Source: the human T2T-CHM13v2.0 reference genome, Homo sapiens. From it: a stretch of DNA of 64,000 bases. The translations under genes and the position numbers were made by a program. Shown piece after piece: positions 40,730 through 56,988 of this stretch; within the stretch, counting starts at the first letter, position 1; every line of letters begins with the position of its first letter. The DNA is taken from the NCBI RefSeq assembly GCF_009914755.1, contig NC_060935.1, one strand, 5' to 3'. The notes beneath the pieces were generated by a model, which saw only the letters and a list, made by a program, of their open reading frames with translations, was not told the DNA's origin and ran no database searches.

Positions 40730-41650
40730 GCCTTATTGAGGTATAATTTATATACTATAAAGATCACTCATGTTAAATGTACAATTTAGGCCTGGCGTGG
40801 TGGCTCACACCTGTAATCCTAGCACTTTGGGAGGCCGAGATGGGCAGATCATGAGGTCAGGAGATCAAGACCATCCTGGCTAACACGGTGAAACCCCATC
40901 CCTACTAAAAATACAAAAAATTAGCCGGGTGTGGTGGCAGGCCCCTCTAGTCCCAGCTACTTGGGAGGCTGAGGCAGGAGAATGGCGTGAACCTGGGAGG
41001 CGGAGGTTGCAGTGAGCCAAAGATCACGCCACTGCACTCTAGCCTGGGCGACAGAGTGAGACTCCTTCTCAAAAAAAAAAAAGAAAGAAAGAAAGAAAAG
41101 TACAATTTAATTATTTTTAGAAAAATTTACAGAGTTGCATAATCATACTAAAATCCAGCGTTGGAATTTGTCTGTCACCCCGCGAGGATCTCCTGTGCCC
41201 ATTTGTGGTTAGTTCTTATTTCCACCCCCAGCCCCAGGCAACTGTGGATCTACTTTCTGTCTGGATCAATTTGCCTGTTCTAGACATTTCATATGAATGA
41301 AATCATTCAGTGTATTGTTTTTCACAGCTGGCTTCTTTTACTTTTGTTGTATTTGAGGTGCATCCTTTTTATTGTAGAATTAGTGTCCCATCCAATGTAT
41401 ATACCACATTTTGCTTTGTTCATTCACTGGTTGATAGGCATGTGGATCATTTCCACTTCAGGCTATTATGAATAATGGTGCTATCGAGTCTTTGTAGACA
41501 AGTCTGTGTGGACATACCGTTTCATCTTTCTTGGGGAGCTACCTAGGAGTGGAATTGCTGGGTCCTACGGTAACTCTATGTTTAACATTTTAAGATACTG
41601 CTAAACTTCTTTTTTATGTGGTTGTACCATTTTACATTCTCACCAGTAAG
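40730..41650 (-). mobile_element. Old L1 (L1M) 3'-end fragment interrupted by an Alu
   Basis: ttattgaggtataattt...; ctagacatttcatatgaatgaaatcat; cctaggagtggaattgctgggtc...ggtaactctatgtttaac. Confidence 0.8.
40789..41099 (+). mobile_element. AluY/Sc-like element inserted in L1
   Basis: Dimer with (GAAA)n tail; TSD gtacaattta. Confidence 0.93.
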
Positions 41651-43738
41651 ATCTTAGGGGTTCTTCTCCTTCAGCCATTATGTCTGCAAGTATTGGGGTA
41701 CAGATTACAGGGGACATCTTAGATGAGGGGCTGGTAAGCAAAGGCACTGAGACAGGGTGTGTGTAACGTATGCTTCAGGTGCATTGAGGTGTGTTGCAGC
41801 TGAATCTTCACTGGTAATGGAAAGATAGGTGAGTAGAAAAATTTGGAAAGAGAAGGAATCCAGAATTTAGTTGTGACAGCAGTAGGGAGCAGTCGGTGTT
41901 TTAACAATTTTTCAGTCAACAGAGTAATGGGATTCTTTTTACTGAGTGTTACAGAGACTCTGCATTTTGCCTTTTCTAGTTTTATTATATTTTCCTTTTC
42001 ATGACAGCCTCTTACTCATTTCCTTTCTATTTCTTTTGCCCTCTTTTTATTTACTCCTATGTGTTTTAATTCTACAGCGTATTTAATTACAAAGAGAGAA
42101 GAGGTGATTTTGCAGGAATGGAAGGGAAGGGAAGAGGTTCCTCTCTTTTTCAGCAGTACCTGAACCTGACGCTTAACTGGTACCTTCTTTAAGCCAGGCA
42201 CTGTGCCAGGGCTAAGCACATACTTGATATTATTTAATCCTTGTGAGATACATGTGATGAGTCCCACTTCACACATGAAGAAATCAAACCATACAAAGGC
42301 AAAGTGACTTCTGTGACATCATATTGCTAGTAAATGCCACATCTGCTAGACTCCAGAATCCATGCTCTTTGTGTAAACCTGTGCATGGCCTCTTCAGGGA
42401 GCACGGTTCTGTCACTAGAAACCATCCCAACATAGCTTCACTTAAATGGAAGCTAATGGTGATTGCTGAAGGATAGCAGCCTTGGTAGTTTCTCTTTGAA
42501 GTCCTGTCATTATGAGATGCTCTGGTGTGTTTACATGGGAGCTAAGGTGTATTTTCATATATATGTTCTGTATATTATTATGTTCTGATTTTTTTTAAAA
42601 AGCCTTTCTTGCTGGGAAAAGACTGGCCTTTCTGGGTCTAGCCAATTCTTAGAGTAGGAAAATGATTCTGTCTAACAGAGGATAGTCCAGGAGCCTGCTT
42701 TTCATATGCAAACCAACCAGTCCAGAACCAGACCTCCTCTATGTGGTCCAGGCACCCCAGGATACAGTGTTCCTCTGCCCTAATCATTCCCTGGAATGGT
42801 ACCAGACAACTAGGGACCACCTCTGAAGCTTAGAGCCAGCTGGAGTTATTCGAACTAGTCAATCCTTAATTGGTCACTCTGTTTCCCCTGCCCTGCCCAT
42901 GGAAAGCCCAGGAAAGGCTCTGGTCTAAGCTGGCCTCTTGTCTTCTGCCTCCTGACCACCCTAGTATCTTTCCATGTGGCCCTTGATGGCCTGCCATGCT
43001 TCCTGTCTTGGGGACCTTTGAGTGTAATAAATTTTTTTCCTGAACTTCTCCTGTGCTCTGTGGCCGCACCTGACTGACCATCACATAAAAGAATACAAAA
43101 CGTAAGGTGAATAAACTATTACCAGGAAATTCAGGTTGGAGTCTAAGTCTTAACTAGACAAGTTAGTGAGATCCTGCAACTACCATTAGGAGAAAGCAGT
43201 GTTGTTTTTATATTATGATTATGAAGGTATAACATTCTAGACAGTTGGGAATATATAATTTTTAATTCAGTCCTAAATGCATCATGAATATAACCTAATG
43301 TGATACATATTTATGTAGTTTTGATCAAGGAATACGTGAAATCTGACACTCCACTTTTATACCTTATGAAATATCATGTTAGCTATATGTCAGTATACTT
43401 CAAATTATCTGTTTTTTTTTTTTTTTTTTTGAGACAGTGTTGCTCTGCTGCCCAGGCTGAAGTGCAGTGGTGTGATTTACACACATGGTTATGTGTGTAA
43501 ATAACCATGTTGCTTTCTAAAATAGTTGTAGCAGTTACTCTCTCAGGCCATGCATGAATAGACCAGGCATCTTCATCAGCCTTGACTGGTGCAATTTAAA
43601 ACAAAACAAAAAACAATCTTCTATTGTCACTTGTTATTTGAGTTCTTCTACATCTGCTTTTATTTTTTCTTCCTACTCAAAAGTCTTCGATTCTTCCTCA
43701 TTCTCTGTAGAAACAATGATTACTATTAAGGTTGAAAT

Positions 43739-44450
43739 ACCATATTTCTTCAATTCTGAGACATGGACTTGTTCCCATTTCAACAGTTCTAAAATTGGAA
43801 TGCTTCTGTCAGTTGATATCCAAAGCACTTTGCCACATTTTCTTTATATCCAGTCTATTATTGAATACTATGCAGCCATAAAAAGGAATGAGATCATGTC
43901 CTTTGCAGGGACATGGATGAAGCTGGAAGCCATCATCGTTAGCAAACTAACACAGGAACAGAAAACCAAACACCACGTGTTTTCACTCATAAGTGGGAGT
44001 TGAACAATGAGAACACAGGGAGGGGAACATCACATACCAGGGCCTGTTGCGGGGTGGGGGGCGAGGGGAGGGAACTTAGAGGACAGGTCAATAGGTGCCA
44101 CAGACCACCATGGCACACGTATACCTATATAACAAACCAGCACGTTCTGCACATGTATCCCAGAAATTGAAGCAAAATTAAACAAAAAAGCATCTTCTCC
44201 ACCCCTAGGCAGAGGAGTAGGTTGTGACTGGTTATTATCACCTGACCCTGGCCAGCATAGAAGACATCTTGCCATTCCCTGGACACCTTAGTTGAGTTAT
44301 TTGCACTTTATAGTACCATAGCAGTTGAATTTTAGCTTAAATTTAAATCCCTAATTAAACCATCTCGGAAAATTACGCATTGATGTGGCATTGAAATTGT
44401 TATTATGGTTCAAGAGGAGTTTTGGAACCAGATTTTTTATAAATGAGGCA
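43739..44450. mobile_element. Possible TcMar-Tc2 (Kanga/MER104-like) relic interrupted by L1PA
   Basis: taccatatttcttcaattctgagac...catttcaacagttctaaaattggaatgc resembles the recalled MER104/Kanga terminus; boundaries uncertain. Confidence 0.45.
43831..44189 (+). mobile_element. Short L1PA 3' end with a 5' inversion
   Basis: Sense L1 ORF2 end/3'UTR from about 43863 (gaatactatgcagccataaaaagg...EQKTKH...SGS*), preceded by the reverse complement of adjacent upstream L1 sequence. Confidence 0.88.
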
Positions 44451-45111
44451 AGTACTTGTACTGGCAGCTAGTCATACTTCTTTTTTCCTTACAAAACATG
44501 ATCAGGTGCTGTGTAGGCTCTAGGAAAGAGGGATGTCCACCCACAAATGGATGAAGCTGTGCTTCATTGCAGCATTGAGATTCAGGCAGATGGATTGCCA
44601 GTGACGTGGCAGACAGTGCAATTAATGTAACAAAATGTCAACAGCCTTGGGAATTGATCATAGATTGAATTCCCAGAGCTAGAAGACATGAGTATGATTC
44701 AGTCATGCATCCCGAAGGACAAAAACCCAAGTGTAGCTCACAGCTGACTGTCAAAAGCAGTTAATTTCTAGCTATATGAAGTTTACAGAAGGAAATAAAA
44801 TTACAGATTTAACCAAATAAGACATGCAATTGAGACTAATACCTTTGGAGGGGCCTCAGAATTCTATTTCCTGTCCTAATAATGTTCAAGGGTGTCAAGA
44901 TTGGAAACACTGCTCTAAAGAAAGCTGTATGCTTTTAACATTCTATTCATAAACATTATAACCCAAAACTATTCATAATAATAATTAGTACAGTAAAGGC
45001 TTAGTCTTAAACTTTGATTGGAATAATAAAGAAGAAAGCAATATGAAAGTGAAATCTTACGGATTTGTATCATGTTGCCAGGTTATAACAAATTTTTAAA
45101 TATACATTTAA

Positions 45112-46024
<913 letters not shown>

Positions 46025-48146
46025 TAAGTTTTCCATTTCTCCCTACTTCTGTCTCATCTCAAAATGCGTTTTAAAGTTAACTGAACAATATTAAGTGATG
46101 AAATGATTTAAGTAGAAGAAAGATTAGTGAGAAGTATCACGATATTCAGAGGTACTTGGGGGCTAATACATGTTAAATTTTAAGTAGACTGTGGTTACAT
46201 GAGTCTTTTTTTTTTTTTTTTAATTATCTCTTGATAGGCCCTGCTATTGTAAGCACAGGAAGAGAGAAATCAATACATTTGTATATCTGCCCATTTTGGT
46301 TTGTTTTCGTAAGAAAAATATCTGGAGCTTGTGAGCACTTTCTGTGGTGACTGCTGCTTGGGATTGCTCCTTCCTGGTTCCCGAACCCTGGATGCCAAAC
46401 TTCTCTGTAGGCCTTTCTAAGGGAGCGTACCCTGTCTGTGGCCTGTGTTCAGTGCTGCAATGTATATAATAGATTTTCAAGGCTTTTTTTTTTTAAGTTA
46501 CCTGGAAAGTTATTTTATTTCAATCAGTAAATGGTCCTAAAGAAATTGCTGTGCATTGGGCACTCTGCCACATTGCCAACTCACATTACCACCTGAGAGT
46601 TTGTTGAGGAATCATCCGCAAGCAATTCGTAGGAGGAAAAGGAGACCTCAAGAGACTCACTTGAAAGCTTTTCTGGGCCATCTCGTTGCTAGAAAGTCAT
46701 TCAACAAACATTTGCCAATGTCGTCTTTGCTTCTGGAAAACTGGGAAGCAGATGTGATTGAGAGTTCTGATTTGCAGGCTCAGGGTCTGGTGAGGGATGG
46801 CAGACATGTGGGCAGGTGAACAACAGCACCGAGGGGTGGGAGCTGTAGTGGAAGTGGGCAGAAGTTGCTGTGGAAGCACAGAGGTGGAACCCTTTTTGCC
46901 TGAGAACATTTCGGAAGGGCTCACAAAGACATGGCATTTAAACAGAATCTTGATAGAATTTGGTCAGTGCAAGGGGAGTGAGAAGGAGTTTTCAGGGCAG
47001 TGGATACTCATGTACAGACAAGGAGTCCTGGGAGGTGGCGAGAGGTCCCCATGGCCGCTGGGGCTTACCGAACTCAGAGAATAGGGAGAGATGTGGGTGG
47101 AAACACTGGTCACAGGGGCATTCACTTCGAAAGACCACACCTGAATCCTCTGAAAGCCTAAAACGTAGTAGGAATGAAATCATGGATTTCACAGGATAGG
47201 ATAGCTTGGAAAATGAGCACAAGAGCTTACATTGCTTTTCCTCCCATCCTCTTCTATCAAACCACAGATACTTCTCTTTTTTTTAAACCTTTGACTCTGA
47301 AGTCTTCAGGGCTTCCGGGCAGAATCTCTTGCATTGGGAGTTGCCTTGACCTGGAGGAATTCATTCCAACAGCTATTCCTAAAAGACTTTCTGTCCTGGG
47401 TCCTTCGGCTCTGTGATTGCTAAGAAAGCCCAGGTCAGGGGTCTGTCCCTTCCTTCTGGGGCCATTTAATTCCACTCCCTTCTGTGGCTACAGACTGAGA
47501 TGCTAAGCCACGATCCCACCTGAGCTGCTGCCACAATTAGCTTGATTCATGCTGTCACCTTTACCATTTCACCTCAAGAAAAACCTGAGAAGGAAAGAAT
47601 TGATGTGCCATAGTCGGGGTGGCTGCATATTTTCAGACCCAGTTTTGCAAGGCGTAGTTGGATTAACTGGACACTTCAGGGATCTCAGTCAGTTGCTTAA
47701 AACTGAACCTAGGCCCTTGGTGGTGTGAGAGACCCCCTCTCCATGTGCAGGTAAAGATCCACGGTACCTCCTACCCCCCAGTCCACCCCATGTTAATTTA
47801 CTTTTTAAATTAAAAAAGTGATGCAGGTTTGTTATGAATAGTTTGAGCAGTTGAAAAGAATATAGAATAAAAAGTGAGATCCTCCTTGCACACATACATG
47901 CCTGTGGTCAGCCAGATCCCAAAATTTGGAATGTATCCTTTTAGACTTTTACGTATGTATCTACAACCATTATACGTATACATATACATCACTTGTTTTT
48001 ACTAAAAAGGGATTATGCTCCAAGTGTTTCCTGCAACTTCATTTTCCCTACCTAAAGTGTCTTGGACATATGATGCCTTTTACAGCAATGAGAATTTGAG
48101 GGTAAGTCTCAGTTTTTATTCTCTGTGGTAAAGGTTTCTTGATAAG

Positions 48147-48328
48147 TAGAGTTGTCAGATTTATCAGGTTGCCCAGTTAAATTTGCATTTCAAATAAACA
48201 GTGAATACTTTTTTGGTGTACATGTCCTATACAGTATTTGGTATATATGTTCATATGTACTGAAAAAGTATTTGCTGTTCATTTGAGATGTGAGTTAACT
48301 GGGTTCCCCGTTTTATCTGGCAGCTCTG
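48147..48328. mobile_element. MER53-type palindromic hAT MITE
   Basis: Termini tagagttgtcagat ... atctggcagctct; internal arms cccagttaa / ttaactggg. Confidence 0.78.
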
Positions 48329-50073
48329 CACTTGTTAGTTCACTTACGTATCATTGGCTTGGGGTTGTTATTGTTGTTCTATGAAAAACTTTTCATGCAC
48401 AAAACCTTGAAACCATAAAAAGGTCCTGTTCCCTGGGAAAGGTGGTGTCTGGGCCAGTGTTCACACACCTGATGAATGAGAAAGGTTTGGGGCCAGCTCA
48501 GCTGGGCACCCAGAATTCATTACTTGCCTCTATTGGAAAGAACTGGCCCGTGTAGCTGCTTTGTAGTTGGAGCTGAGACCTGACTCTTTCATCCTAGCCA
48601 CTATGTGAAGTTGCCACTAGTGGTCACCTGAAGTTGTGTGGGTGATATTAATTGAATTTTTGAAAAACTAAATGCTGGTATTTGTAGGAATTTGCAGTGC
48701 AGACGGGCAGCCTTTCAGCCAGTGCATAGCATAATTAGAGCAAGCTTTTAAGATTCTTTGAAGTGCCAAATGTTTATGAAATTCAAATAGGGGTGCCAAT
48801 CTGCACAATAAAGGGGCCCTTGGTGGTGTTTTTAAAAATCTTCTATTTTGTAGATGTAAATATATGCCATAATTAGCGGGAAGTAACTTGAAGAGCCACG
48901 GCTGAGTTTATTCCTATTATTCTTATTTAAAACAGCTGTGGCAGGCAGGCTACAGCTGCTGTCTCATCATTGGGTTGGGCAGGGCATAAGGGCCGAAGTG
49001 AACACACTCAAAGACTCTTTTCTGAGGGCAGCTCGTTCACTCCCCCTACATGCTGGCTTCCTTGCTGGGGAGCTGTCTCACGGTTGGCCCAGCTTCCCCA
49101 CCCACCCCAAGCCTCTGAATGTCAATGGGACTGGCTTCAAGGGTCTTAGCCAGAAGGCACTTGCCTGCAAATGAGAGGGCGAGGAGCCTTTTAGAGCAGC
49201 CAGCTTTCTCCAGACCTCCCCCTTCTCTCTGCCCATGGCAGTGCTGCCTCTAGGGGCACTGTTGCCCCACAGCCCCAGGCCCAGTGCAGAGCGATTGTCC
49301 TTTGGTGCCTGTGGGAGCAGCTGCAATGCCGCACTGCGTGCCCTGCCTGGCCGAGCCTTACCATGTGGCAGGCCTGGACGGCTGCCCGCCACAGGGCCCA
49401 GCTCCCAGCACCGCCTGCCAAGGAGCCAGATGCTACCATTGGAAAAAATTGCTTCACAATTTGAAATCTTGGTTCTTTGATCATTGCTCGGAGAGGATGA
49501 AGAAGAGAGGTTCAAAGTAGTGTTTTAAAATGCCAGCGTCTCGTTGCAGCCATCAGTGCCTATTAGACTGTCTCTGGTTGGGGACAGTCCTCTTGATGTT
49601 TTCATTTTTGCAACCAGGTCATTCTCCCCAGCTCTTCCAAGCCCTCTGGATAGGAAGGGAAGGTCCACAGCCTGCTCCTGACCCTGTGCCCCTGCTGTCC
49701 CCCTGCCTCGCGCCTTAGAGGTTATCTGCTTGCCTTTGTTCCAGCAGGCTTTTCCCCAATAAAGCTTGTAACAAAGTTGTTGTCATCCGCCAAATGCTGC
49801 CACCGCGTGAGCTGCTCACTCCCATTCTTCACTGGGCAGGAGTAGCCTTCACTTCCTGATCCTTCTGCCCCCACAGCCAGGTCTCCAGAGGACGGAGGTT
49901 TTGCAGGGATGATCCACTCTGTCCCCTGGCCTAGCACCCGCCTCCAAGGACTTCAGATCCCACATACTTGGGTGAGGCTTCATTCTTCCTTACCCTTGAA
50001 ATGGGAAGGGTCAGTCTTTGGAGAGTGTTGCATTTTTCATATTTACTGCCAAAAGGCAAAAACATGAAATTTA

Positions 50074-50943
<870 letters not shown>

Positions 50944-51521
50944 TCAGTGTCTCTAGATGTGATTTGAGGCTCTGTCTTCATCTCTATTGTGGTCAATATT
51001 TCAAATTGACAAGTGAACAGGAGTGATGATAGGTATTGTTAATGACTGTGAATTTTATAGTACATTATAGATTACAGGTGAATTTTATATGCATTATCTC
51101 CTCATATTACCACCGTGGCCTTTGGAAACACATCATCTTCCCTGTGGATAAAGATGAGAAAAGCGAGACCCAAAAAGTGATTCCAAATCTCTCACTTCTG
51201 CTGCCTGTGCTGTCAGTCCAGTGTCTGAGATGAGATGACAAATGAGAAGCAGCATTCACAGACGCCTGGACCAGTGTCGGACTGGATGGGATGAGTGGAG
51301 GACTGAACTTTGTAGAGTTTAACAAAAGTAAATGTAAAACTTGAATCTTGGGAAGCAAACAGAACCTGAAGAACTATGTGGGTGAGGAGGAGGAGAGGAA
51401 TGGTGAAGTTAAGGAGGAAAGGAGAGAAAACTGCAGAATTGTGTTACAGAAGTGTTCTTCGGTCTGTGGTACCCGAAGTTCTGGATGGAAGTTACAGAGG
51501 AGCTCATTTCAACTTAACAGA

Positions 51522-52010
51522 TGTAATAGGCAGCATCATGGATCCCCAGACATGCCTCCTCTGTAGCCATGGAATCTGTGGATAATGGTACATTACATGG
51601 CAAAGGGGAATTAAAAGTTGTTAATCAGCAGATAGAATATCTTGGATTATCTAAGTGGGCCTAGCATGGTCCCAAGGTCCCTTAAAGCAGAAGAGGGAGA
51701 CAAAAAAAGACATCCAGAGAGACGACAGCTGGCAATGTGAGAAGGATTCGGCTGGTGTTTCTGGCTTTGAAAATGGAGCAAGGGGCTCCGGGACAAGGAA
51801 TGTGGGTGGTCTCAGAAGCTGGAAGAGGCAAGGAAACAGAACCCTCTTCAGAGCCTCTGTCTAGTAAGGAGTTGCGTCCCTTCTAGTTCCTTGATCTTAG
51901 CCAGCCCGGAGCTGAATTAAATTTCTGACCTACAGGAATATAAAATAATTAGTTTGTCTTGTTTTAAGGCACTAAATGTGTGATAATTTGTAGCAGAGAA
52001 AATTAATATA
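51522..52010 (+). mobile_element. MLT1 (MLT1D-like) MaLR solo LTR
   Basis: tgtaataggcag...ttacatggcaaaggg...agaagctggaagaggcaaggaaacaga...taatata; perfect 5-bp TSD ACAGA (51517-51521, 52011-52015). Confidence 0.85.
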
Positions 52011-52049
52011 ACAGAAAAAAGCATTAACAGTTAAGGCTGTCTGGCAATA

Positions 52050-52139
52050 TTATTATTATTTATAAATAGAGATGGGGTCTTGCTGTGTTGCCCAGGCTGG
52101 TCTCAAACTCCTGGGCGTAAGTGGCCAGCGTGCCTGGCC
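52050..52139 (-). mobile_element. FLAM/Alu fragment
   Basis: agagatggggtcttgctgtgttgcccaggctggtctcaaactcctggg. Confidence 0.75.
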
Positions 52140-52830
52140 CAGCAGCATTATTGAAGTGATTTTCCTGTGTCTGAAAGTATTTAGCTTTAAGGCAGTGCAG
52201 GTCAGGATGCTGTGGAAAGGATTTCTGCTTTTGGAGGTAGGAGAGAGTTGACCTCTGAACTAAGTTTCAGCTTAGCGTTTAGGGTCTCTGTTTCTAGAGC
52301 AAACAGGGAGAAGATTTCTTAGAAGGACTCATTTCCCTGGACTTACCTTCCCCAGCCATATTTCTAAGTGTTGTTTTTTAACACTGCAGAACCTGGCCTA
52401 TGACCAGCCTTTTTGGCTAGCTTGTGCCCAGAAGATGGGATATGGTTTGACTTTGGAATTTATTGGAAAGATAAGTTTTACTAGTTTTCAACTGTTTCTT
52501 GGATTTTTGTTTTTATTTACTTTTAGAAAATATCCTGTGGTTAGGTAAAAGCTGATTAGGCAGAAATAGTTTGTATCTCTGATAGTGGTACATTTTTAAA
52601 AACTCATTTTCTTGCCTTCAGAACTACATGAAATAGGTTTGCTTTCCACCTGGAGTGATTTTCAGTTGGGAGGGGGGACGTGTCAGTAGGGTAGATAATG
52701 AACTCTGCAAATCCCAGACTTCTTTGTTGTTGACTTAATGCTAGCATTCTTTCTTTGATATTACCTTCACTTCATGGGAGTTCAGTGACTGCATTTCTTT
52801 CTGGAATAGCCATAACACTATCAGCTGACA

Positions 52831-52896
52831 GATAATTATATATATATAAAATTATATATATCTTGATAATTATATATATATCTTGATAATTATATT
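52831..52896. repeat. AT-rich imperfect tandem repeat (gataattatatatatatctt)
   Basis: About 3 degenerate units. Confidence 0.75.
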
Positions 52897-53129
52897 TTAC
52901 ATCAATACTTCCTCCTAGAAAATTCCTGAAGAGCATCTGTGATATGGTTGGATAGCTACATAATTATTTTCCATGTTCAAGGGTAATTACAAAGCAGTTG
53001 TAATGGCAAATTGGTTATTTACTGTTAGTTGGGAAGCCTTTTAAAATCTAATCTCTTAAATTTACAGTAATAATTAAATAGAGAATTTTCTCAGACTGTT
53101 TCTCCCTACCTCTTATCTAAATGAAGGAT

Positions 53130-53650
53130 AAAATGCACGTAGACTCTATGACCGAGTAATTACACTCCTAGGAACATCCAACAGAAACACATCCATATGT
53201 CCCTCAAAAGCATATTCAAGAACGTTCATAGTAGCACTCTTCTTAATAGGTCCATTTGGAAGCCTCGCAAATGTCCCTAAGTAATAGGGTGGATAGATCG
53301 TGGCATTTTTCATTCAATGGAATATTCTACAGTAATGAGGATGAATGAACTATATACAACAACATGGTTGAGTCTCACAAATAAAATGCTGAGTAAACAA
53401 AACTAAACACTGTAAACCCTGTTGCACTTGCTTAAAGTTCAGAAACCAGACAAAACTAATGTGTGATGTTTCAGGATCATGGTTACGCTGGCAAGGTGTA
53501 TAGATGATTGTGCCTGGAAGGAAGGATATTTGGGGGAGAGAGGGACTTCCATTTCTTCATCTGGGTGCTGGCTCACTTGATGAAAATTAATCAAGCTGTA
53601 AACTTCCAGTTTGTGTACTTTTCTGAATGTATATTTTAATTTTATGTAAA
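53130..53650 (+). mobile_element. Old L1 (L1ME-like) 3' fragment
   Basis: gtaattacactcctagg...gttcatagtagcact...caatggaatattctacagtaatgagg...gagtctcacaaataaaatgctgag. Confidence 0.7.
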
Positions 53651-54028
53651 ACTGTTAACTTTGACAGCTTTAAAACATGTAATTTGTTGGGATGGTTTCT
53701 GAGGGTAGGTTGGGTATTCTTTAATAACTTTGTTTTGAATAATTCTATCATTGTAACTACAGATCATCCATTCCAAATGGAAGCTATATTAAAGTTGTTT
53801 GGGGAGTTCTAAGAGATAATGGTAAACCAATGGTGAGGTGGTAGGAATGGTCTGCCGCAGCTGCAAGCAGTAAGGACTTTGCTTGGCTGTAGGGAATTTA
53901 CAAACAATGGCAAAACCATCTAAAAAATCAATTTTCTTTTTATTATCACCATATTAACTGACAAAACCTCCTTTGTTGGCCTGAGTCCTAAATAATTGGT
54001 GAAGTTAGTGTTGAATTTTTTTAATTAC

Positions 54029-54313
54029 TTTTTTTTTGAGACAGCATCTAGTTCTGTTACCCAGGCTGGAGTGCAGTGGTACAAATCATGGCTCATTGCA
54101 GCCTCAAACTCCTGGGCTCTAGGAAGCTTCCTATTTTAGCCTCCCAGGTAGCTGGGACTACAGGCACATGCCACCATGTCCGGCTAATTAAAAAAAAAAA
54201 ATTATTTGTAGAGATGGCATCTCCCTATGTTGCCCAGGCTGGTCTCGAACTCCTGGGCTCAAGCAATCCTCCTGCCTCAACCTCTGAAAGTGCTGGGATT
54301 ATAGGTGTGAGCT
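54029..54313 (-). mobile_element. AluJ
   Basis: Diverged antisense dimer. Confidence 0.9.
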
Positions 54314-55047
54314 GAATTTTTATTTTTTATATATGTATGTATACAACATATGTTGAATTTTTATTTTATATATAGAACATCTATATGCTTCAAATTAGCA
54401 AGCACATTATCCATTATATTACTTCTCCTTCAGTAACACATGTGGACTCAGCCTAGTACTCATTTCAGGTGCAGTCTGAGTCCACAGTCCCCATGGTGCT
54501 CCTTGTTCCAGTGGTTAAACAGATTTGTCAATGAGCAACAATAGTAGAATGATTATGAAGATGAGGAAACAGAACTTTTTTTCCATTCCTTCATTCTCTG
54601 TTTCTGCTTTGGGAATTTTTACGTTTACAATTTTAAATAACTGAAGTAGAGTGCTGGTTATTGTTGAAAGTCATTTTGTCAAATAAAGGAAGGCGGTCTT
54701 AAAAATGCGTCAGATCTGCTAGGTGTGCCACTGCTGTGGGACAGCTGCTTTCACCAGCGTTACTTAAGCATGGAACCTCGTACAGACAGAACCGTAACAG
54801 TTGTGAACATATTCAGCAATTTTACTAACATAATGATGAATAATACCATTCTAAACTTAGTTAACATTTTAAAATTATATATATTGACAGATTATTTTTT
54901 CTGTTTTAAGGTTGACAGTTTTTAAAAACAATCTATTTACTCTCCCAGTGACCCACCTGCCCCCATACACAATTGCTTATTTCACTGTGTTCCCTTCCAT
55001 AGTCCAGTCTGTACACCAAAATCACTAGACTGCTTTCCCCCATGCTT

Positions 55048-55162
55048 AGAAATAGGGTCTTGCTACGTTGCCTAGGCTGGTCTCAAACTCCTGGGCTTAA
55101 GCGAGCCTCCTGCCTCAGCCTCCTGAGTAATTGGGACTACAGGTATTCTACCACACCCAGCT
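55048..55162 (-). mobile_element. FLAM / Alu monomer
   Basis: Single monomer. Confidence 0.8.
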
Positions 55163-55741
55163 TGCTAGACTGCATTTGATTATTTACTAGTCTTTCAGAA
55201 CAACTTGATTAATCAAAATCAACTAGTACAATGTTAGCTTACAGTGTATTCATAGCACATGGAGACTCTTTTTCAAAGCTAGGAATTTAAAGTTGAAAGA
55301 AAGAAAAATAATTTCTAATGCACCTTTTCTGCTCAACACAAACTTATTGCAGCATCATTGGGAAGCATCATAGATATTCATCAGTAGAGCGTGTATTAAA
55401 TTATGGTGTATCTGTGCCATAGAATAGTGTGCAGCCACTAGAAAGTGTGGCTGTTCATTATTTCAAATGGCTGTACTTTATAGTACTGAAATTCCATGTT
55501 AGTACTATATGAGTTCTAAGTGGCATAGGTATATATATATGTTTAACGCAAGGTTTTAGAAAAGTTAATATAATGTGCTACTGTTTGTGTGATAAAGGAG
55601 GAATGTATATGCTTGAATACCTAAGTGCTGAATATCTCTGAAAGGACACTTGAGAAATGGATAACATTGGTTACCTTTAGGGAGGTTGGCAAATTTTGGG
55701 GTTCATGCCCATTTTACAGTTTTATTTTTCCCCCGTCTTTA

Positions 55742-56125
<384 letters not shown>

Positions 56126-56650
56126 TTAATCCTGCCACCATAAAGCACCTGAACTGCTTTTCACAGCGAAGTATTCTAAGGTGTCAGCAAAGCGAGGCAG
56201 TGGCAGTTCTTGAAGGTAACACTGCCATGTTGAAAGCTCGATGGGAATTCCAGTGTTCAGAGCCCCTGTGTGCCTGAGGTGTATGGTAGCCCCTCTGCCC
56301 TGGAGACTGGAGCTCAGTTAGACCCAGGGGCCTCTTCAGCCTTGGGAGTTCAGATGCTGATCTCATTTAGGGAAAGACATGCATGATTTCCTGCTGAGCT
56401 GCTCTTTTGTGGAGCCAAATGTTAAACCTTTGAATGTGAGAAAAATGCACACCTGGGTATTTTTGTTTGTTTATGATTTATACCCCATAAAATCCAAAAT
56501 GCAGAATGTGAGGAAAGCTCACTACATTTATGGGTAACATAAAACCGGATAAGTACAAGTTAAAGCAGATTGGAAACCAGTAAAAGGAGCTGTACCCTGA
56601 CTGTTAGTAGCTATTAGAAGCACCTGAGACAAGTTAATTATTGTAGTTGA

Positions 56651-56988
<338 letters not shown>

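Noticed and set aside
43554-44003. 149-aa ORF ending in ...EQKTKHHVFSLISGS
   Set aside because: The C-terminus is the L1 ORF2 tail of a short truncated L1PA, not a gene.
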